Source: Candidatus Latescibacterota bacterium (GTDB taxonomy: Bacteria > Latescibacterota > UBA2968). Taken from it: a stretch of 64,000 nt of DNA. A model generated the notes under the pieces. It was not told where the DNA came from and did no database searches. It saw only the letters and a program-made list of their open reading frames with translations. The DNA lies in assembly GCA_965222605.1 (NCBI GenBank), contig OZ244960.1:2112001-2176000 (forward strand). The letters run 5' to 3'. Every line of letters starts with the position of its first letter. The first letter of the stretch is position 1. Made by a program: the position numbers and the translations under genes. Below are positions 1 to 9,349 of the stretch, piece by piece.

Positions 1-110
1 TTATCAAACTCAGGGTGCAGACCTAAGTTTAAAATAAAACATCTGGCCTCATCTAACTTGTTGATTTCAAAGAACCTTCTACAGCCAAAAACTGTCCGAA
101 GTATTGTTTT

Positions 111-194
111 TGGAAACGGTCATGTTGCCTCTTAAAAAACTCCGGTCTGGCTCTAAAATAGCTTAATAGGTTATCGCCGGGTATCCAAGCCGGA
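111..194. repeat. 84-bp degenerate direct repeat, copy 1 (copy 2 at 6551-6634)
   Basis: Ungapped manual alignment gives 69/84 identities. On the minus strand it includes an RBS-like AAGAGG and ATG ACC GTT TCC (MTVS). Confidence 0.85.
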
Positions 195-251
195 TAGACT
201 TTTTGCTGCATACGCTCTGTCAAAAAATCTCAAGTCTCGATTTTTTTCTCC

Positions 252-1208
252 TCAGACATCCATCACTTCCCTAACACCTGCAATAATATTATCTCGATCT
301 GGAAATACATGATCTTCCAACTGGGGCGTGTACGGGATGGGCACATGGAGGGCGCAGACGCGTTTGACCGGCGCTCTCATCTTTGCAAATGTCTCTGCAT
401 CTTCAGTCGCCACAGCGGCTATCTCGGCTGAGGCACCCGCTGTGGGACCCGCTTCATCGGCAATGACCAGCCGCCCGGTCTTTTGCACAGACGCGCGAAT
501 AGCATCGCAATCGAGCGGAACCAACGTACGCGGATCCAGCACCTCGACCGAAACACCCTCCTTATCCAGCACTTCAGCAGCCGCCAACGCTTCGTGTACC
601 AACCAGGCCAACGCGACAATAGTGACATCTGCACCTTCGCATTTGATATCTGCTTTGCCCAGCGGCAGGGCATAAGGCTCTTCGGGAACCTCGCCTGCAA
701 AATCCATAAGGCGATTGGACTCAAAAGAAATAATCGGATTATCATCCCGAATAACAGTTTTCAGAAGCCCCTTCATATCGTAGGGCGTCGAAGGCAATAT
801 CATCTTTAACCCTGCCAGATTCATAAACATCGAATAAGGACTCTGCGAGTGTTGCGCCGCAACCCTTCTGCCGCCACCGACCGACGTGCGGAAAGTAATC
901 GGGAACTTGACTTGCCCCCCGAACATATAGTGGATTTTAGCTGCCTGATTCACAATCTGGTCCATCGCCACAAAAGAAAACGTAACCATACTCCAGTTAA
1001 TAATGGGGCGTAAGCCAGACCCCGCAGCGCCAACAGCAATCCCGGTAAGCGCACCTTCAGCAATGGGCGTGGCGCGCACGCGCTCAGACCCAAACTCTTC
1101 GACGAGCGCATCGGGCGCATCGGTTGACAGATGAAACGTCGTTGGATCGCGCCTCATTTCTTCTACAAGGGCTTCCATCCCGGCCTGTGCATAAGATATT
1201 TTTCGCAT
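252..1208 (-). CDS. 2-oxoacid/acetoin dehydrogenase E1 beta subunit (transketolase-like)
   Basis: Motifs ERVRATPIAE, AMDQIVNQAAK, AAQHSQS, PSTPYDMKGLL, EVLDPRTLVPLD. Start placed at MRKISY (ATG 1208). Confidence 0.9.
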   Translation of the reverse strand: MRKISYAQAGMEALVEEMRRDPTTFHLSTDAPDALVEEFGSERVRATPIAEGALTGIAVGAAGSGLRPIINWSMVTFSFVAMDQIVNQAAKIHYMFGGQVKFPITFRTSVGGGRRVAAQHSQSPYSMFMNLAGLKMILPSTPYDMKGLLKTVIRDDNPIISFESNRLMDFAGEVPEEPYALPLGKADIKCEGADVTIVALAWLVHEALAAAEVLDKEGVSVEVLDPRTLVPLDCDAIRASVQKTGRLVIADEAGPTAGASAEIAAVATEDAETFAKMRAPVKRVCALHVPIPYTPQLEDHVFPDRDNIIAGVREVMDV

Positions 1209-1224
1209 AGTATTATCCTCGAGA

Positions 1225-2190
1225 TCACTCGGCAAATACATCTTCGACAGCGGCTTCTAAATCTGGAAATGGACTCTCTTTGGCAAATTGCACCGCATCT
1301 TCAATCCCCGCGAGAATTTCTTCATCCATCTCTTGCCACGCCTCCTGGGTAATACAGCCCTGATCCATCAGACCCGCGACAAATCGCTCAATGGGATCTC
1401 TCTCCTGCCATGCGCGGATCTCGCTTTGTGGCCTTGGATCAGCCCCACCAACCCTTTCCGTATGCCCACGCCAACGATAAGTCTTGCATTCAATCAGCGT
1501 TGGACCCTCGCTATTGCGCGCGCGGGCAACAGCCTCCTGCGCCGCGTCATAAACCGCCGTCACATCATTCCCATCCACAACCACGCCCGGGATATCATAC
1601 CCCGCAGCACGCGCGGCAACATCGCTATACGCCAGCGTGCTCGCCGCCGGAGTACTCGCCGCGTAGAGGTTATTTTCGCAAACATAGAGCATGGGCAACT
1701 TCCACGCCGCAGCGATATTGATCGACTCGTGAAAAGGACCTGCATTTGACGCCCCATCGCCAAAAAACGAGACCGCAACGCGGCCCTTGCCCTCGAGTTG
1801 CGCAGCCAGACCAGCACCCGTAACAATGGGTATGCCACCTGCAACAATGCCATTTGCACCCAGCATACCAATACTAAAATCGGCAATATGCATCGACCCC
1901 CCTTTGCCCTTGCAATACCCGGTCTCCCTCCCATAGAGTTCGGCCATCATGCGCTTCAAATCCGCGCCCTTGGCAATACAATGCCCGTGCCCCCGGTGCG
2001 TACTGATAATCTGATCGTCCGGATTGAGCGCGGCACATACACCTGTGGCAACGGCTTCCTCCCCGATATAACAATGGACCACGCCGTAAATATCACCTGC
2101 GCGATAATCATCAGATGCGCGCTCTTCAAAGCGTCGGATAGTTTGCATAATCCGCAGCATCTCTCGTTGCTTCTCTTGTGTAAAAGCCAT
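1225..2190 (-). CDS. TPP-dependent dehydrogenase E1 alpha subunit
   Basis: STHRGHGH, GKGGSMH, TPP motif GDGA...ENN, TYRWRGH. Start MAFTQ at 2190 with GGAG RBS. Confidence 0.92.
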   Translation of the reverse strand: MAFTQEKQREMLRIMQTIRRFEERASDDYRAGDIYGVVHCYIGEEAVATGVCAALNPDDQIISTHRGHGHCIAKGADLKRMMAELYGRETGYCKGKGGSMHIADFSIGMLGANGIVAGGIPIVTGAGLAAQLEGKGRVAVSFFGDGASNAGPFHESINIAAAWKLPMLYVCENNLYAASTPAASTLAYSDVAARAAGYDIPGVVVDGNDVTAVYDAAQEAVARARNSEGPTLIECKTYRWRGHTERVGGADPRPQSEIRAWQERDPIERFVAGLMDQGCITQEAWQEMDEEILAGIEDAVQFAKESPFPDLEAAVEDVFAE

Positions 2191-2203
2191 ACTATATTCT
2201 CCA

Positions 2204-3934
2204 CTATGCGGGTCTATCACCCTTTTTAACCGGCGCTGTTCGACTATCAACGCCCGGCAACATTTTTGATGGATCTCTCGTAACAATAACATCGATAATC
2301 GTAGGGATATTGCGACTGGCAATGCCCTCGGCAAAAGCATCTCGCAACGCCTCGGGATCATCCACGCGAATACCCTGACAGCCGAGCGCGCGGGCTGTAT
2401 TGGCGTAATCGGTCTCGCTCAGATCGCTCGATTGATAGCGCCCTTCATACATATTGTGCTGGAGAGCTTTGACATAGCCCGAAGCCGCATTGTTCACAAT
2501 GGCAAGCGTAAAGCCGAGTTCAAGACGTCGAGCCGTCTCCAATTCGCCCAGCACCATATTGAACCCCGCATCCCCAGTCAAGCCAACAACGGGAGAATCA
2601 CCCGCTGCGAGTTGCGCGCCCATCGTACCCGGCAACCCATAACCGATCGATGCAAATCCGCGGTTGGCAATATACGTGCGCCCAGACCGGGTTGAATTGT
2701 AGAGCAAGCCCGTCCAATGCGCGGCAAATCCACCATCCACAACGAGAATACCGTCTTCGGGCATCGCGTTTTGCAATTCGCGCACTACCCGCGCCATATT
2801 GACGGGTCTTTCGTCAGAAGCATAACGCGGTTCTGCTTCGGCTCGCCAGGCAACCATCCGTTCTGAGATCTCGGTCAGATAAGCCGCGCGCATCTCCTGC
2901 ATCGCCACCCGATCAGAGAATAAACTATCCCGAAGATCGCGCAAGCCCTCAGCCGCATCGCCCCAGAGTGAGACTGTCGTAGGCGTCGTGCGCCCGATTT
3001 CTTCAGCCACGATATCGAGATGAATAAAAGGCACATCGCGCGGAATCAAATCATAGCGTTTCGTGGCGATCTCGCCCATCTTGCATCCAACAGATAGAAT
3101 ACAATCAGAGGACTCGATCAAATCATTGGCAATCCGCGACCACCGACCAAATAACCCAACGCTAAGCGGATGAATACAGGGAATCGCACCTTTGCCACTA
3201 AGTGTTTGCGCGACTGGAATACTAAAAGCCTCGGCAAAACTCTGGAGTTCGCAATACGCCCCAGAAAGATGGACACCACCGCCAGCGAGAATAATCGGCC
3301 GCCGAGCATCGCGCAAGCGCTCCGCCGCGCGCGCAATCGCATCTCGCCCCGGGCGCGGGCGCTGTGCGGGAATACTCAGCGTTTCTGGATCGACAAAAAA
3401 ATCCGCTCTGGGATAATCATACTCCCCATGAGCAATATCTTCGGGAACATCGAGCACAACAGGTCCCGGTCGCCCAGATGTGGCAACAGCGTACGCGCGT
3501 CGCACAAGCTCGGGGATGCGATTGCCGCTCTCGATCCGAATGAGAGCTTTAGCCGCTGGCGCCAGAATCTCCGTCTGACGCGCCTCCTGCGTCATATTCT
3601 TCCATGAATGCTCGCGATTGCTATTGCCCACAACAACAATAAGTGGAACACCCGCATTCAGAGACTCAACCAATCCCGTAACCAGATTCGTCGCCCCAGG
3701 ACCGAGCGTGCCATCGCATATTCCGGGACGACCAGTTACACGCGCCCAGGCATCGGCGGCAAAAATACCACAGCGCTCATCATTGATCAACGTATGTGAA
3801 AGCCCCAACTCGCGCACGGCATCGTAAAAGGGCAAAAGTTGGAACCCCCCCATGCCGAACATAGGCGCCGGATTGTGAAGGTGAAACATCTCAGCAAGCG
3901 CCTGCCCGCCATTCATGTGTACCACTGAAGACAT
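2204..3934 (-). CDS. Thiamine-pyrophosphate enzyme, acetolactate synthase-like superfamily
   Basis: GPGATN, SGRPGPVVLDVPED, GDAGF...NN TPP-binding motif; 576 aa three-domain size. Confidence 0.9.
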   Translation of the reverse strand: MSSVVHMNGGQALAEMFHLHNPAPMFGMGGFQLLPFYDAVRELGLSHTLINDERCGIFAADAWARVTGRPGICDGTLGPGATNLVTGLVESLNAGVPLIVVVGNSNREHSWKNMTQEARQTEILAPAAKALIRIESGNRIPELVRRAYAVATSGRPGPVVLDVPEDIAHGEYDYPRADFFVDPETLSIPAQRPRPGRDAIARAAERLRDARRPIILAGGGVHLSGAYCELQSFAEAFSIPVAQTLSGKGAIPCIHPLSVGLFGRWSRIANDLIESSDCILSVGCKMGEIATKRYDLIPRDVPFIHLDIVAEEIGRTTPTTVSLWGDAAEGLRDLRDSLFSDRVAMQEMRAAYLTEISERMVAWRAEAEPRYASDERPVNMARVVRELQNAMPEDGILVVDGGFAAHWTGLLYNSTRSGRTYIANRGFASIGYGLPGTMGAQLAAGDSPVVGLTGDAGFNMVLGELETARRLELGFTLAIVNNAASGYVKALQHNMYEGRYQSSDLSETDYANTARALGCQGIRVDDPEALRDAFAEGIASRNIPTIIDVIVTRDPSKMLPGVDSRTAPVKKGDRPA

Positions 3935-3948
3935 AGAAACTCCACGAA

Positions 3949-4740
3949 TTACTCACTAAGCCTTTCCCCAAATTCCGGAACCGTCATCTCTACAGTAACA
4001 CCCCGTCTTTCCGCCTGTAAATTGACATACGACAGAACACCGCTCTCCCATGCGGAAACCGCATCGCCGATACAGGCGGTCATCGCATCCACTGTACCTG
4101 CGGGAATACCGGCGCGATCCAGAACCTCAAGACGCCGAACACCTGCCCGATCAATGCCGACCCCTGCATCGTTAAACACCGCGCCCCTTGCCTGCGCCGC
4201 GATACCATAATCGGGCCTACCTGCAATCACTCCACCGTGCGATCCAGTAATGATAAATGCACCTGCATCGTCAGGCGCGACGAGTGATGCAGAGTCACAT
4301 GCAATAGTGAGCACAGGCACCTCTTGCAATACAGAGCGCGCTTCCTCGTAGCCCGGTATATCCCCTTCATAAGGTTTGCCATTACACAAAACTTCAGCCG
4401 CTTCTCGACACATCTGCCCTTCTTCACAGCCGAGTAAATGGGCTATTTTATTGCAAAAACTAATGCGCCCGCGTTTGAGCATATCTGCCCCATCTCCAAT
4501 GCGCGCAGACGTATGTGCAATCGTCGCAGCCGGGAGCCCGAGACCTTGCAGATAATCGAGCGACCCAATCCCCGCATTATTTTTTCCAACGCCCGCATCG
4601 TTAAAAATAACGCCCCGAAGACCAGCCAATGCTGCGAGATACCCGCAATACCGCCCCCCGTGAGAAGCGGCAATTAGCACCGTTCCACGCAACTGCGAGC
4701 CGAGCTTTGTAATACTGTCGGCGACTTGAATCGCGTCCAT
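3949..4740 (-). CDS. Conserved hypothetical protein with internal duplication (SHGG...FNDAGVG...IGD twice)
   Basis: Two homologous halves visible in the translation. First gene of the TPP operon; start MDAIQV at 4740 with GAGG RBS. Confidence 0.8.
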   Translation of the reverse strand: MDAIQVADSITKLGSQLRGTVLIAASHGGRYCGYLAALAGLRGVIFNDAGVGKNNAGIGSLDYLQGLGLPAATIAHTSARIGDGADMLKRGRISFCNKIAHLLGCEEGQMCREAAEVLCNGKPYEGDIPGYEEARSVLQEVPVLTIACDSASLVAPDDAGAFIITGSHGGVIAGRPDYGIAAQARGAVFNDAGVGIDRAGVRRLEVLDRAGIPAGTVDAMTACIGDAVSAWESGVLSYVNLQAERRGVTVEMTVPEFGERLSE

Positions 4741-4780
4741 AATAGCCTCTAATTGTACTATTGTATATATTTTTTTCACT

Positions 4781-4828
4781 TTTTATACCCATTTTATACC
4801 CATTTTATACCCATTTTATACCCATTTT
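4781..4828. repeat. Tandem repeat (TTTTATACCCA)x4 plus partial unit
   Basis: Four perfect 11-bp units read directly; a second 11-bp duplication AACTTATGC(CA) at 4880-4899. Confidence 0.95.
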
Positions 4829-4910
4829 TTCTATTTTCAAATCTATATAAAACAAATACTTAAAAAATTTATTGCGCCTAACTTATGCCAAACTTATGCT
4901 TTTTGGCCTA

Positions 4911-6563
4911 TTATTTATTTTTACGCATAATTCCAGATGTTGATCCCCCTGGATACCAGCGAGCGGCACTGGTGTTCCCTACTTTATGGATCTGTCCCTT
5001 AATCCTCAACTCTTGAAGTAATTTCTGAACCTGGACGTAAGAGAGGGATGGCAATACTTGGACGAGTTCTTTTAACTGACTCCCTGATTTCCGGTTATCT
5101 CGAATATGTTTCAGTAACAACGCCTTGTTCGTCTCGCGGTCCAATCCGCGCTTGCGCGTATAAGTCCCCACCTTACCGATATACCGATAGAACCGACGGG
5201 AGAGCATAAGCCGCACGCCTCGTCCACGTCCCACGCGCTCAATAATTCCCTGTTCCAGCAAATGATTAACCCTTGATTGTAAGTCGTCGGGAACAGACTG
5301 CTCACGGTGGATGAGATCAACCACCAACAAATCGTCAAGGCCAAATGTGGCGACTTGTTCTTGACCGATTTCCTCCAGAAAACGCAGAAACTCCGGATCT
5401 TGAATCTCACCGTGCAACGTGAGCCATACGGAGTAGGCATCTGTATGGGAAAAGTCGGGCAATGGCTTGCTCTGCTGAATGCACTCGCGGAAGATGCGGT
5501 CAAACCCTTGTCCCGCGCGTTCGACCAATCCGCATTTGCCAAGGACTTCGGCGATACGGCGATTGCGCGGATTTTGTTGCCGGAGAATATTGTCGGGTGT
5601 GATACCGGGTGGAAAGCCACCGGGACTGACAATCTCGATGCGCCGAGGGTACTGGCGAATGAACACCGACCCGCCGTGGCGGTAATCGCGGTGACTCACC
5701 GCATTCAAGACAGCCTCGCGCACCACGCGCTCGTTGAAAGTGGGCACATCCCAAATAAAAAATCCTTGCTGAAAGTGTTGCAGGTCATTGCGCTGGTTGA
5801 TAAGTCGCCATATCTCGTCAAGCACAGTAAGAAAACCCTGTCTAAATTCATGCCGTTCCGCCGCTGGCCCCGGCACTTCGTTGAATCGGTACTCGAAGAT
5901 GACCTCCGATTGGGCAAGATATTTGCCCAGGGCTTCCCGTTTGCCAAGAAGAATCAATGCCGCGTACGTCACTTGATTATCAACGAGCAACTCGGCATCT
6001 GCCAGAAGTTGTTCTATGGGACGGGTCGAAATGTCCTGATCCAATAACTTGCGCTGCCAGAGTTGACGCAGAACCTCCACAGCATTTGGATCGAGATCGT
6101 CCAATTGGGCAGAGGTACAAATCTCCGCCGAAAAATCGGGACCGGACTCGGCAAAAATGCGTTGGAGCAAGTCGGGTGTCATGGGAATAAGGGCTTCACC
6201 TCCACGCATCCAATACGCACCTTTATACTGCATCGGCATACCGATTGGGCGAGAGGGAACCTGAAAGACCAGAACCCGGCCATCTGGATGCTGAATCTCC
6301 TCGACATCAATGCGAAGCCGCACTCGGTCAATCAGACCGGCCTTTGTTTTTTCGAGATCGGGAAAAACCTGGCTGCCAACCACTTTACGCGGCAGTTTAT
6401 CCGTTACACCCAGGATCATCCTCCCACCACGTTCATTGGCAAGGGCGACGCAGTAATTCACCAATTCCTCAAAGTGAAAATTTTTCTTTGCCTCTTTGAA
6501 CTCCAGGTGTTCATCTTCTTTGGAGTTCATCCAGGTTTGCAGTATGTCTATGGAAACGGTCAT
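4911..6563 (-). CDS. Schlafen/AlbA_2 domain + HATPase_c_4 (RecG-C-like) + winged-helix protein
   Basis: N-terminal EDEHLEFKEA...ALANERGGRMILGVTD; central REAVLNAVSHRDY, SPGG, RNRRIA, ERAGQG. Start MTVS at 6563. Confidence 0.85.
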   Translation of the reverse strand: MTVSIDILQTWMNSKEDEHLEFKEAKKNFHFEELVNYCVALANERGGRMILGVTDKLPRKVVGSQVFPDLEKTKAGLIDRVRLRIDVEEIQHPDGRVLVFQVPSRPIGMPMQYKGAYWMRGGEALIPMTPDLLQRIFAESGPDFSAEICTSAQLDDLDPNAVEVLRQLWQRKLLDQDISTRPIEQLLADAELLVDNQVTYAALILLGKREALGKYLAQSEVIFEYRFNEVPGPAAERHEFRQGFLTVLDEIWRLINQRNDLQHFQQGFFIWDVPTFNERVVREAVLNAVSHRDYRHGGSVFIRQYPRRIEIVSPGGFPPGITPDNILRQQNPRNRRIAEVLGKCGLVERAGQGFDRIFRECIQQSKPLPDFSHTDAYSVWLTLHGEIQDPEFLRFLEEIGQEQVATFGLDDLLVVDLIHREQSVPDDLQSRVNHLLEQGIIERVGRGRGVRLMLSRRFYRYIGKVGTYTRKRGLDRETNKALLLKHIRDNRKSGSQLKELVQVLPSLSYVQVQKLLQELRIKGQIHKVGNTSAARWYPGGSTSGIMRKNK

Positions 6564-6634
6564 GTGGCCTCTTAAAAAACTTTTGACGGGTTCTAAAATG
6601 GGTTGATAAGTTACCGCCGGATATCCGTGCCGGA
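6551..6634. repeat. 84-bp degenerate direct repeat, copy 2; leader and start of the Schlafen-domain gene
   Basis: Aligns ungapped with 111-194. Confidence 0.85.
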
Positions 6635-6720
6635 ACAACAAATGCTGAACAATTTCTGATGAATGCTGTGCAATTTATGGACAGTTATAGCTATAAACAA
6701 GGAATTTACAAAGCGCGTGT

Positions 6721-7229
6721 CTATTCCGGTGGAGAATACGTCTTTGCCGGTGTCGCCCGATAAACCTCGAGCTTCTCCCGATCCAGTCGGTCTCTGATTG
6801 TGCTCAAGTGCGTCTCGATCAAATCTCGCCGGACAGATTCCAGATCAGGATCCTCAAACACATTGTTCAGTTCGCAGGGATCGTTTTGACAATCGTACAT
6901 TTCAACCGGCTTCTCAGATATAAGTGAGTCTTGCCCACCAGGGCAGTATGATAGCCCGCATCGCGCACATTTCGCACATGACTGGGACCGTGCTGATCGG
7001 CCTCAACGATATTCTGCCAGACACCGTGTTCCCGCACATACTGCCCCGTCATCATCGTCGCCCGTGCAGGCATACAAATCGGCCCGTTGGTATAACACTG
7101 GCTAAATACCACCCCTTCGGTCCCCAGACGATCCAGATGTGGTGTTTTGACCACTGGATGCCCAGCGCACCCCACCGCATCACCGCGATGCTGATCCGAA
7201 TATATGAAAACGATATTGGGTTTTGACAT
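6721..7229 (-). pseudogene. Sulfatase with large internal deletion
   Basis: N-terminus MSKPNIVFIYSDQHR...CMPARATMMTG...GKTHL is joined out of frame at ~6910 to a sulfatase C-terminus EMYDCQNDPCELNN...SPPE* (stop 6721). Confidence 0.85.
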
Positions 7230-7290
7230 ACACACGCCTCCAGTAAAGAACCCGGTCAACTCCGTCTTGCAATACTTCGATCTGTTCCTA

Positions 7291-7319
7291 TTGCACAAAG
7301 GCGGATAATGCGCTATATT
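7291..7319 (+). promoter_or_regulatory. Sigma70-like promoter of the TA operon (probably near-leaderless)
   Basis: TTGCAC-17bp-TATATT; ATG 5 nt downstream. Confidence 0.55.
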
Positions 7320-7324
7320 TTTTC

Positions 7325-7594
7325 ATGAAATTTTTGAATTGGAATTTTGATAAGAACAAGCAACTTCAAAAAGAACGCGGCATATCTTTTGAAGAAATAG
7401 CTCTTCTTATTGAAGCGGGTCACATTTTAGGTATTGAAACAAATCCAGGATATCCAAACCAGAAGATATATATCCTCGAAATTAATCACTATGCAATTAT
7501 TGTCCCATATGTTGAAACAGAAACAGAAATTTTCTTAAAAACAGCTTTTCCAAGTCGAAAATTTACCAAAAAATATGGACTAAAGGGGTCATAA
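7325..7594 (+). CDS. brnT: BrnT-like type II toxin
   Basis: WNFDKNKQLQKERGISFEE N-terminal signature, FLKTAFPSRK C-terminus; 1-bp overlap with the next gene. Confidence 0.75.
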   Translation: MKFLNWNFDKNKQLQKERGISFEEIALLIEAGHILGIETNPGYPNQKIYILEINHYAIIVPYVETETEIFLKTAFPSRKFTKKYGLKGS

Positions 7595-7884
7595 TGGACA
7601 AACAAAACAAATTCCAACCGTTAGATGATGAGGAAAAAGAACTCATGGCTTCAATCGAGTCCGACACCTGGCAACCTGTTCCAAATTTTGACGAAGAAAA
7701 ACAAAAAGCCATTGAAGCAGCACGTCGTACATTAAAGAAAGACAAACACATTAACTTGCGGCTTTCAGAAAAAGATTATCGCCAGATACAGATACGCGCT
7801 ATGCAAGAAGGCGTGTCGTATCAAACACTTATCTCAAGCATCGTTCACAAATATCTCAATGGAACGCTCGTGCCCGAAAAATAA
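7594..7884 (+). CDS. Antitoxin, RHH/CopG (BrnA-like)
   Basis: INLRLSEKD...AMQEGVSYQTLISSIVHKY ribbon-helix-helix pattern; coupled to the toxin. Confidence 0.8.
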   Translation: MDKQNKFQPLDDEEKELMASIESDTWQPVPNFDEEKQKAIEAARRTLKKDKHINLRLSEKDYRQIQIRAMQEGVSYQTLISSIVHKYLNGTLVPEK

Positions 7885-7901
7885 ACGATTAGAGAATCTG
7901 C

Positions 7902-7930
7902 TTGACAACATTTTTATATCCATATAGCTT
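7902..7930 (+). promoter_or_regulatory. Sigma70-like promoter of tRNA-Val
   Basis: TTGACA-17bp-TAGCTT, 37 nt upstream of the tRNA. Confidence 0.65.
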
Positions 7931-7967
7931 TTTGATCGTATCAAGTCGTGTGTTCTTTCAAATTAGT

Positions 7968-8044
7968 GGGCGATTAGCTCAGGTGGTTAGAGTGCTTGCT
8001 TGACATGCAAGAGGTCACTGGTTCAAGTCCAGTATCGCCCACCA
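7968..8044 (+). tRNA. tRNA-Val (GAC)
   Basis: Acceptor stem GGGCGAT/ATCGCCC plus ACCA; D-arm AGCTCAGGTGGTTAGAGT; anticodon arm CTTGC-TTGACAT-GCAAG; T-loop GGTTCAAGTCC. Confidence 0.97.
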
Positions 8045-8063
8045 TTTTATCTTTTGTAATAAC

Positions 8064-8111
8064 AAGGGCTTGCAGCTTTCGTGCTGCAAGCCCTTACCCT
8101 TTGGTAAGGGC
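8064..8111. other. Two overlapping hairpins 3' of the tRNA (terminator or att-associated)
   Basis: AAGGGCTTGCAGC/GCTGCAAGCCCTT (8064-8095) and GCCCTTACC/GGTAAGGGC (8090-8111). Confidence 0.6.
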
Positions 8112-8183
8112 CAGGTGTTGCCAAAGTGTTGCCATTTGCCCCAAATCCAGAAATCATATAGACATAGATGGATGTAAATGGAT

Positions 8184-8690
8184 CTACGTTGCTGCATCAT
8201 CCTCGTCCTCAAATTTGACCAGATTTGCATATTGCCTGAACGACAGGGCTTCAGTATGGTCGTAGGTCTCCCAGGTCATTTTGCTAGATGTGTGACCCAA
8301 AAGCCGCTGGATCACATCAATGGGAACACCCTTTTCTCTGAGATACGTCACGTAGGTGTGCCGGAGGGAATGCAGGCTGTAGTGGTCGGGAAGGCCAGCT
8401 TTGGTCACCATCTTCTTGAACTCATCGGTCACATAGCTCGGATGCCAGGCTTTGCCTTTATCCCGGGCGCCTCTGCTGTTGTTGTCCGTTTTGAAAAGAT
8501 ACTGGCCTCTTTTGATCTCCATCGTCCGCAACACATTGTACAGCGCGTCGTTGATCGGAATTTTTAGCCGGACCGGTCCACCCTTCCGCTTGGTCACCGT
8601 GCTGACCTGATACCGCTTGCCGTCCACGTCCCGGTAGTCTAAAATCCATATGCCGCTTTTGCTGTCGCTCCTCTGTCGTAACCTCGCCAT
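8184..8690 (-). pseudogene. Tyrosine integrase, internally deleted in frame
   Basis: Arm-like N-terminus (WILDYRDVDGKR) joined directly to the C-terminal catalytic half (HSLRH, LLGH, Y). Core-binding domain and first catalytic Arg absent; only 168 aa. Points toward the tRNA 3' end. Confidence 0.8.
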
Positions 8691-8701
8691 CACTCCTCCG
8701 T

Positions 8702-8899
8702 TCAATCTTTCGTAGCAGAACGGAACCCCTGGTGCATCCAGTCGTCGATCTCCTCTTTTCGAAACCGCACGGATTTCGAACCCGGCATCTTGTAGTGCGG
8801 AATCTTCCCCTGGGAGACCCATTTCCTCACCGTGTTCACCTTGATGCCCAGGTATTCTGCCACATCTTCGGCGCAAAAATATCCTGTCTCAGTAGCCAT
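8702..8899 (-). CDS. Excisionase-family HTH protein
   Basis: AEDVAEYLGIKVNTVRKWVSQGKIPHYK...VRFRKEEIDDW; directly upstream of the integrase. Confidence 0.85.
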   Translation of the reverse strand: MATETGYFCAEDVAEYLGIKVNTVRKWVSQGKIPHYKMPGSKSVRFRKEEIDDWMHQGFRSATKD

Positions 8900-9268
8900 C
8901 GTGTGATCCTTGACAGATAACATCTCACTGACATGATCTAACTTGGTCTTGCCATCGCCTTGCGGGTCATAGATGCGATAGTCAATGATCCAAAACCGGT
9001 CTTGTTCGGGATTGACATATACGCAAGTGACCACGCCGATGCCATTGATGACCCCTTTGGCGTTGCCACTATATTGACGGCGCACAAGGGCAATTTTTCG
9101 TGCATGGCGTTTGTCCAAGACCGTATCATCGAAGATCACATAGCCTTGTCGAGTCACTTGTATGTGCGCTTTGACGTGTTCCCAGACCAGGCGCGGGGCA
9201 ATGCGATCACCGGCCAGATACCGATTGATCATATCATGGCTGAAGGCTTCGCTGTGGTCTGCAAAATG

Positions 9269-9293
9269 CCTGTCTGCCATCTGCACAGGCAGG
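9269..9293. repeat. 25-bp palindromic insertion CCTGTCTGC..GCACAGGCAGG
   Basis: Frameshifts the transposase; clean removal restores LT-HFADH. Confidence 0.8.
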
Positions 9294-9349
9294 CGTCAGC
9301 GTATAGTTGATCGGGCTGCTAAGCAAATACTGACAGTAATCCAGTCGGG

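Noticed and set aside
4781-4828. Possible CRISPR array
   Set aside because: 11-bp units with no spacers; no cas genes or repeat-spacer arrays seen anywhere in the window.
7996-8265. 89-aa ORF MLDMQEVTGSSPVSPT
   Set aside because: Translation of the tRNA-Val sequence.
8702-9286. Apparent transposase-excisionase fusion protein
   Set aside because: A truncated IS701 fragment happens to be in frame with xis, and its start lies inside a palindromic insertion.
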